DNA of 64,000 nucleotides from Eledone cirrhosa (taxonomy: Eukaryota), in assembly GCA_964016885.1 (NCBI GenBank), contig OZ024750.1:3844001-3908000 (forward strand), read 5' to 3'. Positions 14,493 through 27,300 of this stretch are shown in pieces (within the stretch, counting starts at the first letter, position 1; every line of letters begins with the position of its first letter). The position numbers and the translations under genes were made by a program. The notes under the pieces are model-generated. The model saw only the letters and a list, made by a program, of their open reading frames with translations, was not told the origin of the DNA and did no database searches.

Positions 14493-17400
14493 GTTTCTGG
14501 CATAGGGGGAGATAAGTAGCGCAACACCGGTAGACGACGTTTAATCATTTTAACATAGACAAACAAACCGAACGAATATTTCAACTAATAAACCCACAAA
14601 TATATATCCTTCTCCCAATATATCTTAATTTTTATATACATCTTAATAAAATATATTAAAAAAACCTATAGTATATTTCATAAACATATTTGTACTTTTG
14701 TTGACTTTTTACGACTGTAACATTTCACTTTTGGTAGTATTGATAATTTTTAGAAAATTTTACTTCTTTTAATTTTAACATAATTATATAATTATTTTTC
14801 AAAAGTTAATTAAAATATTCTGTATTTAGAGATATTCTCTTCAAATAGAATACCATTATTATTTTTTTTAATGTCTATATTTACAAATTTCGAAAATGGT
14901 GATGTGGCTGCACTACACGTTTCTTGAACAGAAACAAAACAAGTTCACCGTTGTAAACTGTTTCGAAATAAGTTTTTTTTTAATATTAAATAAAATTGGT
15001 TGTGTAAACTGTTTACCGTTTGATAATACAGAATAAAGAACACATGTTTTTGAAAACATTCATTTTTCTTTTTTAAGTGAACGGAAATCCTACAAAAAAA
15101 TTTTTTAAATTCCTATTATTTTAAAATTGATTTAAGTATGGATGCCTCTAAGGGTAATTATTTGTGTAACGTGCCACTTTCACTTTATCAAACTTTAATT
15201 AGTTTGGCGGCTGCAGAATTTTTTTTACGATGCGCCGCGTCGTACCTGTTTTTGTCCGGGAATACATTTGGCGCGATTAAGAATTATTTTGTAGTTGTTT
15301 TTGCTAATGTTTGTATTGTTATTCTTTAAAATGGACTGGCGTGATTATAAGTACAATTCTTTGAAATTTCTAGCAGGTCAAGCAACTGCAAAGAGGCTCC
15401 ATTATTTTAATTCTTGCACCAAAAGTCGAAACAATTATTTAAATTCTATTATAGCTCAAAGCGAAATATTTCCTCACCAACAACCAGGATGTAGCTATCA
15501 CTGTCTCTTTTCCATTACTCTCTCTCCTGTCATCCTGTTTTTCACCTTTTCTCATCATACTTATCTTAGTCACATTTGCCTTGAAAGAATAGAAACAACA
15601 TAGTCCAGGGAAGACCCTTTAGACTTGCAGGGAATAAAGTGACCTATCTAGTATTGGTGTCATGATAAAATGCACCCTATACACTTTGTAAATTGGTTGG
15701 TGAATGAATGAAGCCAACATAGAGCAAAGCAAACTCTTTAGTTTTTCTAAATGCATGACAATTGCTCTGGTGCTGCTGTCACACTAAACATATCAAGTCA
15801 TCATCATCATCATTTTACGTCTACTGTTCCCCACTTGCATGGTTGGATTGGTCCTTCTCAGTACAGCATTTCTCCACAGCTACAACAGATATGAGATCAG
15901 CTCTCACCACAATAGTTGGTGTTAGGAAAGGTTTTCAACTGTACAAACCATGCTAAAAACAGAAGATATGAGTAAAATTTAATCCTAATTTGGATCATGA
16001 CAACATATATCATCTGTGCCAGCATAGAAAGTTGATATAAAATGAAGGATAGTCTAAACATGATAGATTGGAATCGTACAAGTTATTTATAAGTTTAAAT
16101 AAAGTGAATTTGTTGAAGGAGAAAACGGAATAGTTGTGTATCATGACAAAATTAAAGATTAATTCTATCAATAAGGTCATGTTAAAGGAATGCATTAGGC
16201 GCTGATAAAAGCCAGACTACTTAAATTGTCATGGTGACAGTGATTGATAATATTACTATTTTCTATTTTGGGGGAATTAAGAAGCTCCATATATCCCCAA
16301 AACTTCTTGAAACACAGATTTTGAAAATCAAATCAATTTTTCTCTAGGATGTACTGTTTTGGAGCCTTCTGGCAACATACACACATACATATATATATAC
16401 AAACATACATACACTCTCAAATATATAGTAGACTAAGGTCACTATTGTCAAATTCTTGGTATAGACCTTTTAACTTAACATCATATTTTCTATATTGTCT
16501 CATTGTTTAGATTATGTATGTTGTTATTAAATTCTTTTGTTCATTTGTACAATGAGAGCTAATTAGTTGACACAGTTTTGCAGCTGATGGTGTGATTGCT
16601 TTTACTGCAGCTCTGCCTATTACTAATTACTTAACCATGAAGTAGGAGTGTATCTTATCAATCAAATGAATGGAGATAGTCAGGGTGATGTACTTTATCC
16701 TCAGGCAGAAAAATATGTATTTTTCTGAAATGAGTTTCTTATACAGACAATTGTATTTAAAGTATTTTCTTCACCTTGGATGCATTGCAGATACAATATT
16801 CTCTCTAATTATTTTCAAGTGATATTCTTGAGTTAGGTTAAAGATTGAACCTGGAAACTTTAGTTTTCCATTTGATGTTGCTAATTCTCGACTTATTGTC
16901 TTGGAGGACAATATTATCATTTTAACCTTTTGTTACCATATTTTTAATGAAAGACATTGTCTATGATTTACAAATATTTTTTTTAAATAATCAAATATTT
17001 GTAGGGGTTTAATAATATAACTAACTTTTTCATTATCAAGCTGATGGAGTTTTGGTGGCACCCTAGTGATATACTGTGTATCTTGGGCATTTAAAGAGCC
17101 CATCTTTCAAATCTGAACTTGGGTGATTCTTCCAGAAAAGGATAGAGTGGAAGTGATAAATAATTATAAAGCAAGAATTAACGCCAGTACAGAACTGGTA
17201 TTTTTTTTTATTATCAATCTTGAAAGAATAAAAAGGCAAGTTGACCTTGGCGAGTGTTGTAATTCAAAGTGCTGAGAGTCAGAACAAATACCACAAAGCA
17301 TTCTATCTGACGTTTTAACATCTCTGCTAATTTACTGCCTACAGAAATAGCGTAGGAAATAGAAATATATGCTAGAATGTTTAAGAATAGAAAAAAATAG

Positions 17401-17532
17401 AAAATGTGTTGAAGATATACTCATTGTGTCTACATTCTATGTATATATGTCTCTGATCTTGGAGTTAAATATAGTTTTATCTACAATACCTCATCATTAT
17501 CATAACAACAACAATGAAAGTGACAATAACAA

Positions 17533-17610
17533 CACGTCTCCCTTGCCGTCCTCCGGGGAAACGCCTTCTCCATTCTGTCCACCGGGATTGTGGGGAGACA
17601 AGCCGATTAT
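17533..17610 (+). mobile_element. Very short CRE-clade 3' terminus
   Basis: cgtctcccttgccgtcctccggggaaacgccttctccattctgtcc is near-identical to 49554-49600. Confidence 0.6.
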
Positions 17611-18581
17611 ATTACGAATTCTGTTGAATAGTCTTAAATATGTTTACTTGAGTTCAGGTTGGGATACATACACATATTTACAGTTATTCTCCCAGTACAA
17701 CTAAGAACTCCAAGGAAACAGCTTGGAATAATTAGGTGATATCTTGATGTGTGGGTTATCTGTGGATGTTTTGCTAGCTACCTGTATGATGATGATGATG
17801 ATAAAACATTTGAAAAAATCAACAACTTTGTATCATAGAACCAGAGGTGGGGTTGGGGTGAGCAGTTTGGTATCAAAATGGTTAAAACTTTCACAATCCT
17901 CAGCTGAATATAATGCTTAGCTTGCGAGGGTTGGCTGAAAAGTTTATAGGCTGACCAAGATACCCTCATGGAATGACCAAATTAGGTTTCTTTTTCAACA
18001 TAGTCCCTGGAAAGAAACAATGCAGTTATTAATAAGAAAAGTTGAAATTAATGCAGGCAAGATTTCACATCACTAGCATCACTCCTTCATAGTCAGCCTA
18101 TGAATTTCTGAGTCAACCCTCGTATATCTAAATTCAAACTCTAGGTAATATGTGGGAGCAACAGTAGCAGCTGTAGCAGTAGTAGCAGCTGTAGCAGTAG
18201 TAGCAGCTGTAGCAGTAATAGCAGCTGTAGCAGTAGTAGTAACTACGTGTTAAAAACAACACAGTATAGTTCTAATTCCAGATTTGACTGACTTGTATAA
18301 ATATTGTCATTATACCTCCTTTCTCACAGAGGCCATGTATTTACTTTAGATATTGATAAATCCATTGGCTCATTGTTGATTCACTGATCAATTATTAGTG
18401 AGCCTAACCTGCTTATTGATTAATTATTGTCAGAAACTTGTACAGAACTCGTTACTTTACTGACAAAATATGTTATGTACGTTTCTTCACTGAACTTAAA
18501 CAAAGCTATGTTTGCTGAGCTTATGTAAGTATGTGTGTTTGTGTGTGTGTCTATGTATGTATGTATCTATGAATGTTAGTG

Positions 18582-18800
18582 AAGGCACATGGCTTAGAGG
18601 TTAGATGTTGGGCTTGCAATTGAGAGGTTATGAGTTTGATTCTCGGATTGGGTGATCTGTTATGTCCTTGAGCAAGACACTTTATTTCACGTTGCTCCAG
18701 TTCACTCAGTTATAGAAATGAGTTGTGATGTCACTGGTGCCAAGCTGTATCAGCCATTACCTTTCCCTTGGACATCATCGGTGGCATGGAGAGGGGAGGC
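18582..18800 (+). mobile_element. tRNA-derived SINE family B (CORE/V-like central domain)
   Basis: tRNA head followed by TGTCCTTGAGCAAGACACTTTATTTCACGTTGCTCCAG. Related copies at 7115-7420, 21292-21380, 22560-22700(-) and 53900-54030. Confidence 0.65.
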
Positions 18801-18889
18801 TGGTATGCATGGGTGACTGCTGCACTTCCACAAATATACCTTGTCCAGGCTTGTGCCTCAGAGGGAAACTTTCTAGTTGCAAAACCATT

Positions 18890-19190
18890 GAAATTTGTGA
18901 TCACTGCCTGCCTCCAGCTCAGTGTGGAGGAGATATGCAACATCCAGTTTGATACCAGATGGAAACAGTAGACGATAGATACAGTGGCTTCGGTCTTTGG
19001 TCTCAACTTTCATTGGTATCACCAGCATTCCTTTCGTTGGTGGCCTCATGTCATGTCCTCATCTACAAGCTTCTCCACAACACATCAGAACCCAATGCAA
19101 TAACTTTTTCAAGCAGCAATCTGGTACATTCAGCGACAAACCCGGGTTTTATTGTTCAACAAGCTGAAGATTGCAAGCTGTTTGAAGTAT
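18890..19190 (+). mobile_element. Degraded internal fragment of a CRE-like RT/thumb region
   Basis: Frameshifted ...RWKQ...SGFGL...SPAFLSLVASCHVL resembles the CRE QASLPxxxGGLG...PAFLAS motif. Confidence 0.4.
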
Positions 19191-19364
19191 GACAGATGGA
19201 CAACAACAAAAAACAAAAAAAAAACAAAAAAACAAAAAAAAAAAAATTGTGAAATCAATAAAATATAAATCGATTTAACATAAAGGCAAAAAAGTTTGTA
19301 TCGACATTAAAGACAAATTAACCATTTACAAATCTATATTCAAGATGAATAAAATATAAATCCT

Positions 19365-19435
19365 TGCATCGACCGGGAATCGAACCCGGGCCGCCCGCGT
19401 GGCAGGCGAGCATTCTACCACTGAACCATCGATGC
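19365..19435 (-). tRNA. tRNA-Gly (anticodon GCC)
   Basis: Reverse complement reads GCATCGATGGTTCAGTGGTAGAATGCTCGCCTGCCACGCGGGCGGCCCGGGTTCGATTCCCGGTCGATGCA. Clean cloverleaf with A and B boxes; a T4 run about 10 nt downstream (19351-19354) could act as terminator. Confidence 0.97.
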
Positions 19436-19599
19436 TGACGAATTCTACGACTAAAAACATATCTTAAAAAGAAACTTTTCAAATCTTATTAAATGATTAT
19501 ATAACTAATTTAATTAGTTACTTTACAAATTATAATAAACAGTTTACAGTCATTTTAATCTTTCATAATACAAAGAACAGCTAAATATATGTTCTGTTA

Positions 19600-19700
19600 T
19601 AAGATGGCCTCTATCTGAATCCAGTCTATTACTGTATTGTCTCGAGGGAAGTTGTTATCGCAAGCGACCTTCATTGCTCACGCTACTTCCGGTTTTGTTA
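19600..19700 (+). promoter_or_regulatory. Putative SYF2 housekeeping promoter
   Basis: Local CpG enrichment, with a YY1-like AAGATGGC (19601-19608) and an ETS-like ACTTCCGG (19685-19692) just upstream of the ATG. Confidence 0.45.
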
Positions 19701-19740
19701 ATCTAAACTGAAAATATTTTGTCAATTTAAATACATCAAA

Positions 19741-22700
19741 ATGTTTAAACCTCGCTCTGTTGCTAGTGTAAGTATTTATTAACAGATTGTTTCTGTTTTT
19801 GTTATATATGAATATATATAATTCTCTTACTTCTAACGTCAGTCATTAAAAATATTAAATGTTTCACGATTTTGTTATATAAATAAAAGCTTATATTCTG
19901 TTTGTGGTTTCTCCCTTAAGATTTGCCAAATCTTCATATTTCCCCCCAACAGAACGTGTTTTATTCTTCTTAAAAATCAATTTTAGGCTACATATGTTTC
20001 CCATTCAACTGAAAACACAAACAAAAACCAACGAAAAGAAATCTTGTTTACTTTTCATACATTTCACTATTAAAGTATCGTCAACTCCGATTTACACAAA
20101 GTAGAAGCTTACTTGCCAGTATTATCCCAAACATTTACCTCAAGAGACACAGTCAATATAAGTTATCTATGGTGATGGTCATAGTTGAGTACATAATAAC
20201 CTCTTTAGAGCTGTTGCCCTGATAAAACACACCCAGTACATTCTGTAAAGTTGTATGTATTGCTGGTGTCATGATAAAATACACCCAGTACATTCTGTAA
20301 AGTTGTATGTATTGCTGGTGTCATGATAAAATACACCCAGTACATTCTGTAAAGTTGTATGTATTGCTGGTGTCATGATAAAATACACCCAGTACATTCT
20401 GTAAAGTTGTATGTATTGCTGGTGTCATGATAAAATACACCCAGTACATTCTGTAAAGTTGTATGTATTGCTGGTGTCATGATAAAATAGACCCAGTACA
20501 TTCTGTAAAGTTGTATGTATTGCTGGTATCATGATAAAATACACCCAGTACATTCTGTAAAGTTGTATGTATTGCTGGTGTCATGATAAAATAGACCCAG
20601 TACATTCTGTAAAGTTGTATGTATTGCTGGTATCATGATAAAATACACCCAGTACATTCTGTAAAGTTGTATGTATTGCTGGTGTCATGATAAAATACAC
20701 CCAGTACATTCTGTAAAGTTGTATGTATTGCTGGTGTCATGATAAAATACACCAAGTACATTCTGTAAAGTTGTATGTATTGCTGGTGTCATGATAAAAT
20801 ACACCCAGTACATTCTGTAAAGTTTTAATGCTGGTATCATGATAAAATACACCCAGTACATTCTGTAAAGTTGGTGCGAAGATAAAATACGATCAGTATA
20901 CTGAGTAAAGTGATTGACATTAAGAAGGGCAAATTAATAAATGTATATTGTTACATATTTACCAATAAATAATTGTTTCTACTTTTGGCACAAGGCCAGC
21001 AATTACCCAATGCATTACTGGTACTTTATTCTATCGACCCCGTAACGATGAAAGGCAAAGTTAACCTCGGCGGGATTAAAATTTATTAGCTAGTAATGGT
21101 GATGATGATATAATTGTTCCCTTTATCATTTTATTATTATTATTACAGAAAAAGGCCCCACTTACTGCAAAACAGCAAGAAGAAGCTCGGAAGCGTAAGG
21201 AAAGAATGCAACGACTTCAAAATCTTCAGTTGCGAATGGTAAAAATATTTTCTATTTGCTTACCTTTATTTCATTAAATACTTTTCAACAGTGAAAGTGC
21301 ATGATGTAGTGGTTATGGTGCAAAGTTGTGAGTTTGATTCCCAGACTAGGCAGCGTGTTGTGTCCTTAGAAGGTAGACTCTTCTTTGCATGTCATCAACT
21401 AGCTGTGTTGCATGTTGTTAAGTTAATTTACAGTCAAATCTGTTATTATTTTTATTGTAGAATGAAGCAAGGAAACTCAATCATCAAGAAGTAGCTGAAG
21501 AAGATCGTAAGAAGAACCTACCTTCTAATTATGAAGAAAAACAAAAACGACTTGAATGGGAAGAAGAAGAATATAAAAAACAGAAGGTATTTTAGTTTAT
21601 TTATTTCAAGGTTTCCTCTCAAGTAAAAAAAGTAAAAAGAGGTACCATATATACTTGATTTTATTGTGGCACAAGAACTAGGGATGTCACATTCATGACA
21701 TGACTGAGGTGTCATCTCATTTATTTTTGAGACATGGTTTCTATGGCTGGATACCCTTCCTAATGCCAACCATTCATTTTCATTGTGGCACAGGAAAGTT
21801 TGTCATATCCTTGGTGTATCACCATCATCATCATCATCATCATTTTATGTCCGCGTTTTCCTGCTTGCTAGGGTGGGATGGGTCCTATTCAGCACAGCAT
21901 CTCTCCACTTGTCACGGTCCTTCGTCATCTCCTCCGTAAGCTTCAGCGATCTGAGGTCTGCTCTCACCACCTCCGCCTGTGTTGGAAATCAATAAATTAT
22001 TTTCATGTTTTTTGTTTTTGTTTATCAAAATAGGAGTGTAAAGAGAAAGGAGAAGATTATGATCAAGTGAAGCTGCTTGAAATTAGTGCCACTGATGCTG
22101 AGAAATGGGAACGGAAGAAGAAGAAGAGGAATCCAGATCCAGGTTTCTCTGGTAAGTTTTCTAGTTGGGATATAGCATGATGTTTATGTTTGTTGTTCTT
22201 GTCAAAGAGGGTCAAGAAAAGCTATGATATAAGGTATTCTAACCATGACCAACATGTCTTTTTTTTTTCCGTATATTTTTTTTTCTAGTGGCTCCCTTGT
22301 TGGCTAAATGATGTTTGTGGTTGAAAAGTATGGAGCTAATTGTCAGACAAAAATTTAATGGAATATCATTTCATCATCATCATCATTTAATTTTACATCC
22401 GCTTTTTCCCTGCTTGCAAGGGTGGGACGGGAACTGATTCTGGCTTGATTTCTACAGCTGGATGCCCTTCCTAACACCAACCTCATTTTACAGTGAGTGC
22501 TGGGTGCCTACACGTCCACTTTACAATGGAATGATAGGGACCCCAGTCCCTATCATCTCATTTCTACAGCTGAGTAAACTGGAGCAATGTGAAATAAAGT
22601 GTCTTGCTCAAGGAAACAACACATCACCCGGTCTGAGAATTGAACTCACAACCTTTCGATTGCAAGGCCAATGCTCTAACCATTAAGCCATGTGCCTCCA

Positions 22701-24310
22701 TATATATATCTTTATTAAATTGCTACTTTAACCCTTACATTACCATATTTCTAATAAAATACATTGTATTTAAATGAATTAATGAATGAACAATTAATAG
22801 TTATTTTCCTATTAAGATGGTATTTGTAATATAACACAATCAGGAATCACGGGAGGAAAGGAAAGGATCTACTTGTTAAAAATCAAGATTTAACTAATTT
22901 CGGGGTTGATGGGTTCACATAAAGTATGATTGTAGTTAAGATGTTTGTAAAGCTTGTCAGAGATTGTTTGCTGTAAATTATAGAGAGGAAGAAAATATAT
23001 AATGACTTCTTAAAAATTATTTAATTCTGTATCATTTTCAGATTACGAGGCTGCCACTTTCCGTCAATATCAGAGGAACACTAAACAGATTAAACCAAAC
23101 ATGGATTCCTATTTTCAGCAGATGGAAAAAAAGTAAGTGTTTTAAATTTCCTTTATTAATTTAATTTCTAATATCCATTGGCTTTGTTATTTCTTCCTTT
23201 TAACCCTTTAGCATTTAAACCGACCAAATCTGGCCAGAATTCTCTCACCTCTTTCTGTTCAAACCAGCCGTAACTGGCTTCTCATACCTGCTTTAAGGTA
23301 TTGTTCTCAAAATAAATGATATCAAAATTTCATAGATTCGATATTATGTGAGATAAAGTCTTTACCATGAAAATACAATAGTAAATATAAAGTAAGATAA
23401 ATGCTAAAGGGTTAAACAACATGATTTTTAAATCATCATTTCTTTTTCTCTGCCTTTATAATTTTATTATTCAACACAGTAAAATGGTCTTTACTCTTTT
23501 CTATATTCTCTTGAAAAAATAAAGAGGTGAAGAATTCTTTCCTGATGCTAACACTTTAGGATTGCAGCAACACACAGACTCTGAGACTGCCGTAGATAGA
23601 ATGGTAACTGATTTAGAAAAACAGTAAGTTGATTTATTAATGTTTTTATAACCTCTTTGTTAAGTTAGCATCAGGTTGATGTTTCCATTATTTAGTTTGA
23701 TTTGTTGGATGTACCGAGGTGCTGAAAAAAAGTTCCTAGCTTAATGGAATTACAAAAGGGTAGAACTGTCTTGGCCATGGACATAGAATAGTGCTTGTAA
23801 TGAAATGTAAACTGTAGACTCTTTCATTAGAATTGAAGGATAGATTTTAGAGACAAAGCCAACTGGCAGGGAACCTAGAGGTAGAGCAAGATGGATAATA
23901 TCTATAACTTTGGTTGGTCTCACTTGGAGATCCAGTTGGATCATTTGGAGATGGTTGCTTCTGATAGGAATCTCTAGAAGGCTTGTCTGAGGACTCTGTG
24001 CTCCTCCCCCACAACTTTCACCGGAATAAGTGGACGAAGATGAAGAATCTTTCATTGACTGTCCAAGACTAAGAGATAGAACAATAAAAGTAAGAATGAT
24101 CAAGTATATATTCTTTTATTCAGACTTTATTCATTACATTTCAGGATCAACAAAAGGGAGAAATACAGTCGAAGAAGACCTTATGATGAAGCTGCTGATA
24201 TCGACTACATCAATGAGAGAAATATGAAATTCAACAAGAAGCTGGAACGTTTCTATGGGAAATATACTGCAGAGATTAAACAGAATCTGGAACGTGGTAC
24301 CGCTGTTTGA
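19741..24310 (+). CDS. SYF2: Pre-mRNA splicing factor SYF2 (NTC component), 7 coding exons, 238 aa
   Basis: Phase-compatible exons 19741-19767, 21149-21238, 21461-21586, 22034-22151, 23042-23132, 23525-23623, 24145-24310. Translation includes [22 protein letters not shown] and the diagnostic C-terminus [37 protein letters not shown]. Exon 1 (MFKPRSVAS|gtaagt) is slightly less certain. Confidence 0.95.
20221..20872 (+). repeat. 52-bp minisatellite (about 13 copies) in SYF2 intron 1
   Basis: Unit GATAAAATACACCCAGTACATTCTGTAAAGTTGTATGTATTGCTGGTGTCAT. Confidence 0.95.
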
Positions 24311-27300
24311 TACTCAGCATGTGCTGGCTCTCAATGCTTTGGTCTCAAGTTTTCATGTTACAAAAGTCTCTTGTTGATAGCTGAATACCAGCTATATAAC
24401 GACCCCTGTTGGATTTAGTTCTTGTCATAATTTAACTAAACCATTTCAGCCAATTTAATTAAATGTGGTGGAAAATCTTAAAAAAGAGAAACACTATAAA
24501 CAATACAAGAGACTGATTTTATAAATATTTATAACACTTTTGTACATAAAAACTCATTTGATTCCACCTGTAGCAGGTATATAGATATTTTTTATCAGGT
24601 AAAGGAAACTTTACAAAAAAACAACTCCACTTATGCTAGCATAGAAAAAATGGATGTGAATATAAATAAAAACCAAATCCAATTTACCTGATTCCATTAC
24701 TCTTGGGTCCTAAATCTGAAAAATTAATAAGGAGAGACACACATACATACATATACACAAAGACACCCATATATACACATACACACACATATACACATAC
24801 ACACATATATACACACACACATATATACACATACACACACACGATTATTTGAGACCCGTGAGTAGATACTCTGGATCAACTTTATATATTTGTGTGAAAG
24901 AATGTTTTTTATTATCTTACTAAGTTCTGTAAATCCACAAACTGTTTACCAGTTCCCAATTACTCTGCCATATTACCACCATTGTCTTTCTTTTCACTAT
25001 CGAGTAAATAGAGCAGGGGAGCTTCTATTGAGTCAATGAGTTGCCTCCTCTGTGGCCGTTCTACCTGCTAGAAACGGTAGCTAAATTCCCTCAAACTATA
25101 CCCCACCAGCTCTCCTGAGAGTTTCTTAAGGGTCGAAACGCTTGAGGTGGGTTTCTTCTCAGAAGACCTTCTGCAGTCCAGCTCCTGAGAGTTTCTTAAA
25201 ACCCGAAACACTTGCTTGAGAGGGGTTTTCTTCTCTGAAGACCTTGTGCAGTCCAACTCACCTGAGAGTTTCTTACCACCAACAAAAATACTACGGAAAA
25301 CCCACATTGTACCATCTTTCTGAAACTTAGTCATCTATTACGTATCTCACAGTTCTTTATATTAACTATATTACTATATTCTATTTATATTATTAAATGG
25401 AAATTTGCACTCCCTTCTATCTTACATATTTGTACAACTCCAGTATGCTCATTAATACCGATGTGCTCCTTGTGTGGAACCAACCAAAATATCATTTCTT
25501 CCCAATTGATTGTTAATAAATAATGTTTCAGACATTTTTATATATCAATTCTCTACTCCCAATAAAATTATTTTTTTTGTACTATCTAATTAAAAAACAT
25601 ACCGAAACTGCCTATGATTTTCAAATAATTTTGTAAATAACCAAGAATTAGGAGGGATTAAATAATATAACTAACTTTCTTGTTATTTATCTTGTATTTG
25701 GTACATAACAAAGGCTTCTACATGGAATTATGTTGCAAAGATTTTAGATAAATATATGGGAGTCGGTTGAAAGGTTCAAAGGCTGACCAAGATACTCTCA
25801 TGGAATGACCAAATGAGGTTTATTTTTCAACATAGTCACTGGAAAGAAACACTGCAGTTATTAATAAGAAGAGTTGAAATTAATGCATTCAAGATTTCAC
25901 ATCTCTAGCATCACTGCAATATATGAAGGTCAATTGAAAATTTCATGGACTGACTAAGATACTCTTATGGAATGACCAAATGAGGTTTATTTTTCAGCAA
26001 AGTCCCTTGAAAGAAACAATGAAGTTATTAATAAGAAGAGTTGAAACTAATGCATGCAAGATTTCACAGCTCTAGCATCACCCTTTCATAGTCAGCCAAT
26101 GAACTTTTAAGCCGACTCTTGTTTATGTAATTTATAATAAACAACTTTTGTGTTGTAGAACCAGGGGCAGTTTCAGGGGGTTTGGTGTCAAAAGAGTTAA
26201 ACAATTTTAAGGTCAAACTTTAAATGTTCCTCAAAATATAGTAGCAAATGTTAGCTGGATTATCATCAAAACCACTGACCTCTCAGACAAGCTGCAGACT
26301 GCATTTCGCTTACACACGTTCTCACACTACAGAGTGCACCGAGTGTATTTTATATATGGCACCAGCATCAGAGAGATTGTCAGGTCATTGACACAACTGA
26401 AGAGCCCTCCTGATCCATTGTTTGGCAAATTTTCTTCACTTGGATGTTCTTCCTATCACCAAGCCCTTTACATAGTGTACCTGGTGCGTTTTATCTCATC
26501 AACACTAGAGAGGTTGACACAATTGAAAACAGCAGTAGTTGTCTGTTGTTAATATAGATGGAGATGATGTTTGTTGTGGAAAAAGATAAGGGTATGTTTG
26601 GGGGTGAAGGTAGAATTTTTAATACAGTTGTCGAAAATTACAAAGTTATCTCCCTTGAAATAAACGCTTGAGAAATATTTAATAAACCTTTCTAATTATA
26701 TCTTAGCATGTTGTAATAATGATTTAGCAGAAAATATCTAAAAACAGGTTTGTCTATTGAAATGTTATTTACATATTAGTAGACAGATCGTTATAAAATT
26801 TGCAGCATTTTTTCTTTCATTTTTTTCCCTCTACTTTTCAAGAATGTTTTTCTGATGTGGTTTCACGTGGTACAGGACATTACGAGTCACACATTTTTAT
26901 GTGTATTGCTGTGTTATTAAAAACAAAACTTCTTAAGAGGTTAGAGCAACTCCACAAAAAGTCTCGAGCCCATAGGTTGGGAAAAATAGTTAGTTGATAA
27001 TTCCCGGAATTTTAAGATTTTATTCTGTTCGACTACGGAAGCAGTAACCCTCACATTTACGGCGGCGTATATGATGTGGGAGGGAGCAAAGAGTTACTGA
27101 CTGTGACGAGACATCTACCTCTTACTCAGGGACAAACGGTAAGACTTATATATATTAATATCAATATCTTTTATTTTTTATCGTAGTTTATGTGGTAAAC
27201 AATTTGTTTTTCGGATAACTGATTTAACGAAAAAATTGTCCCCTTTTGGTTAAATTTATTGGCAATGCAAAAAAACAAACAAAACAAAAATGACTCAGTT

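Noticed and set aside
15331-15603. Plus-strand ORF MDWRDYKYNSLKFLAG... divergent from RCE1
   Set aside because: No recognisable domain and no downstream exon chain found.
20221-20872. Regular arrays (also 48769-49247 and 49690-50655) as possible CRISPR arrays
   Set aside because: Head-to-tail near-identical units with no unique spacers, no cas genes, and a eukaryotic context.
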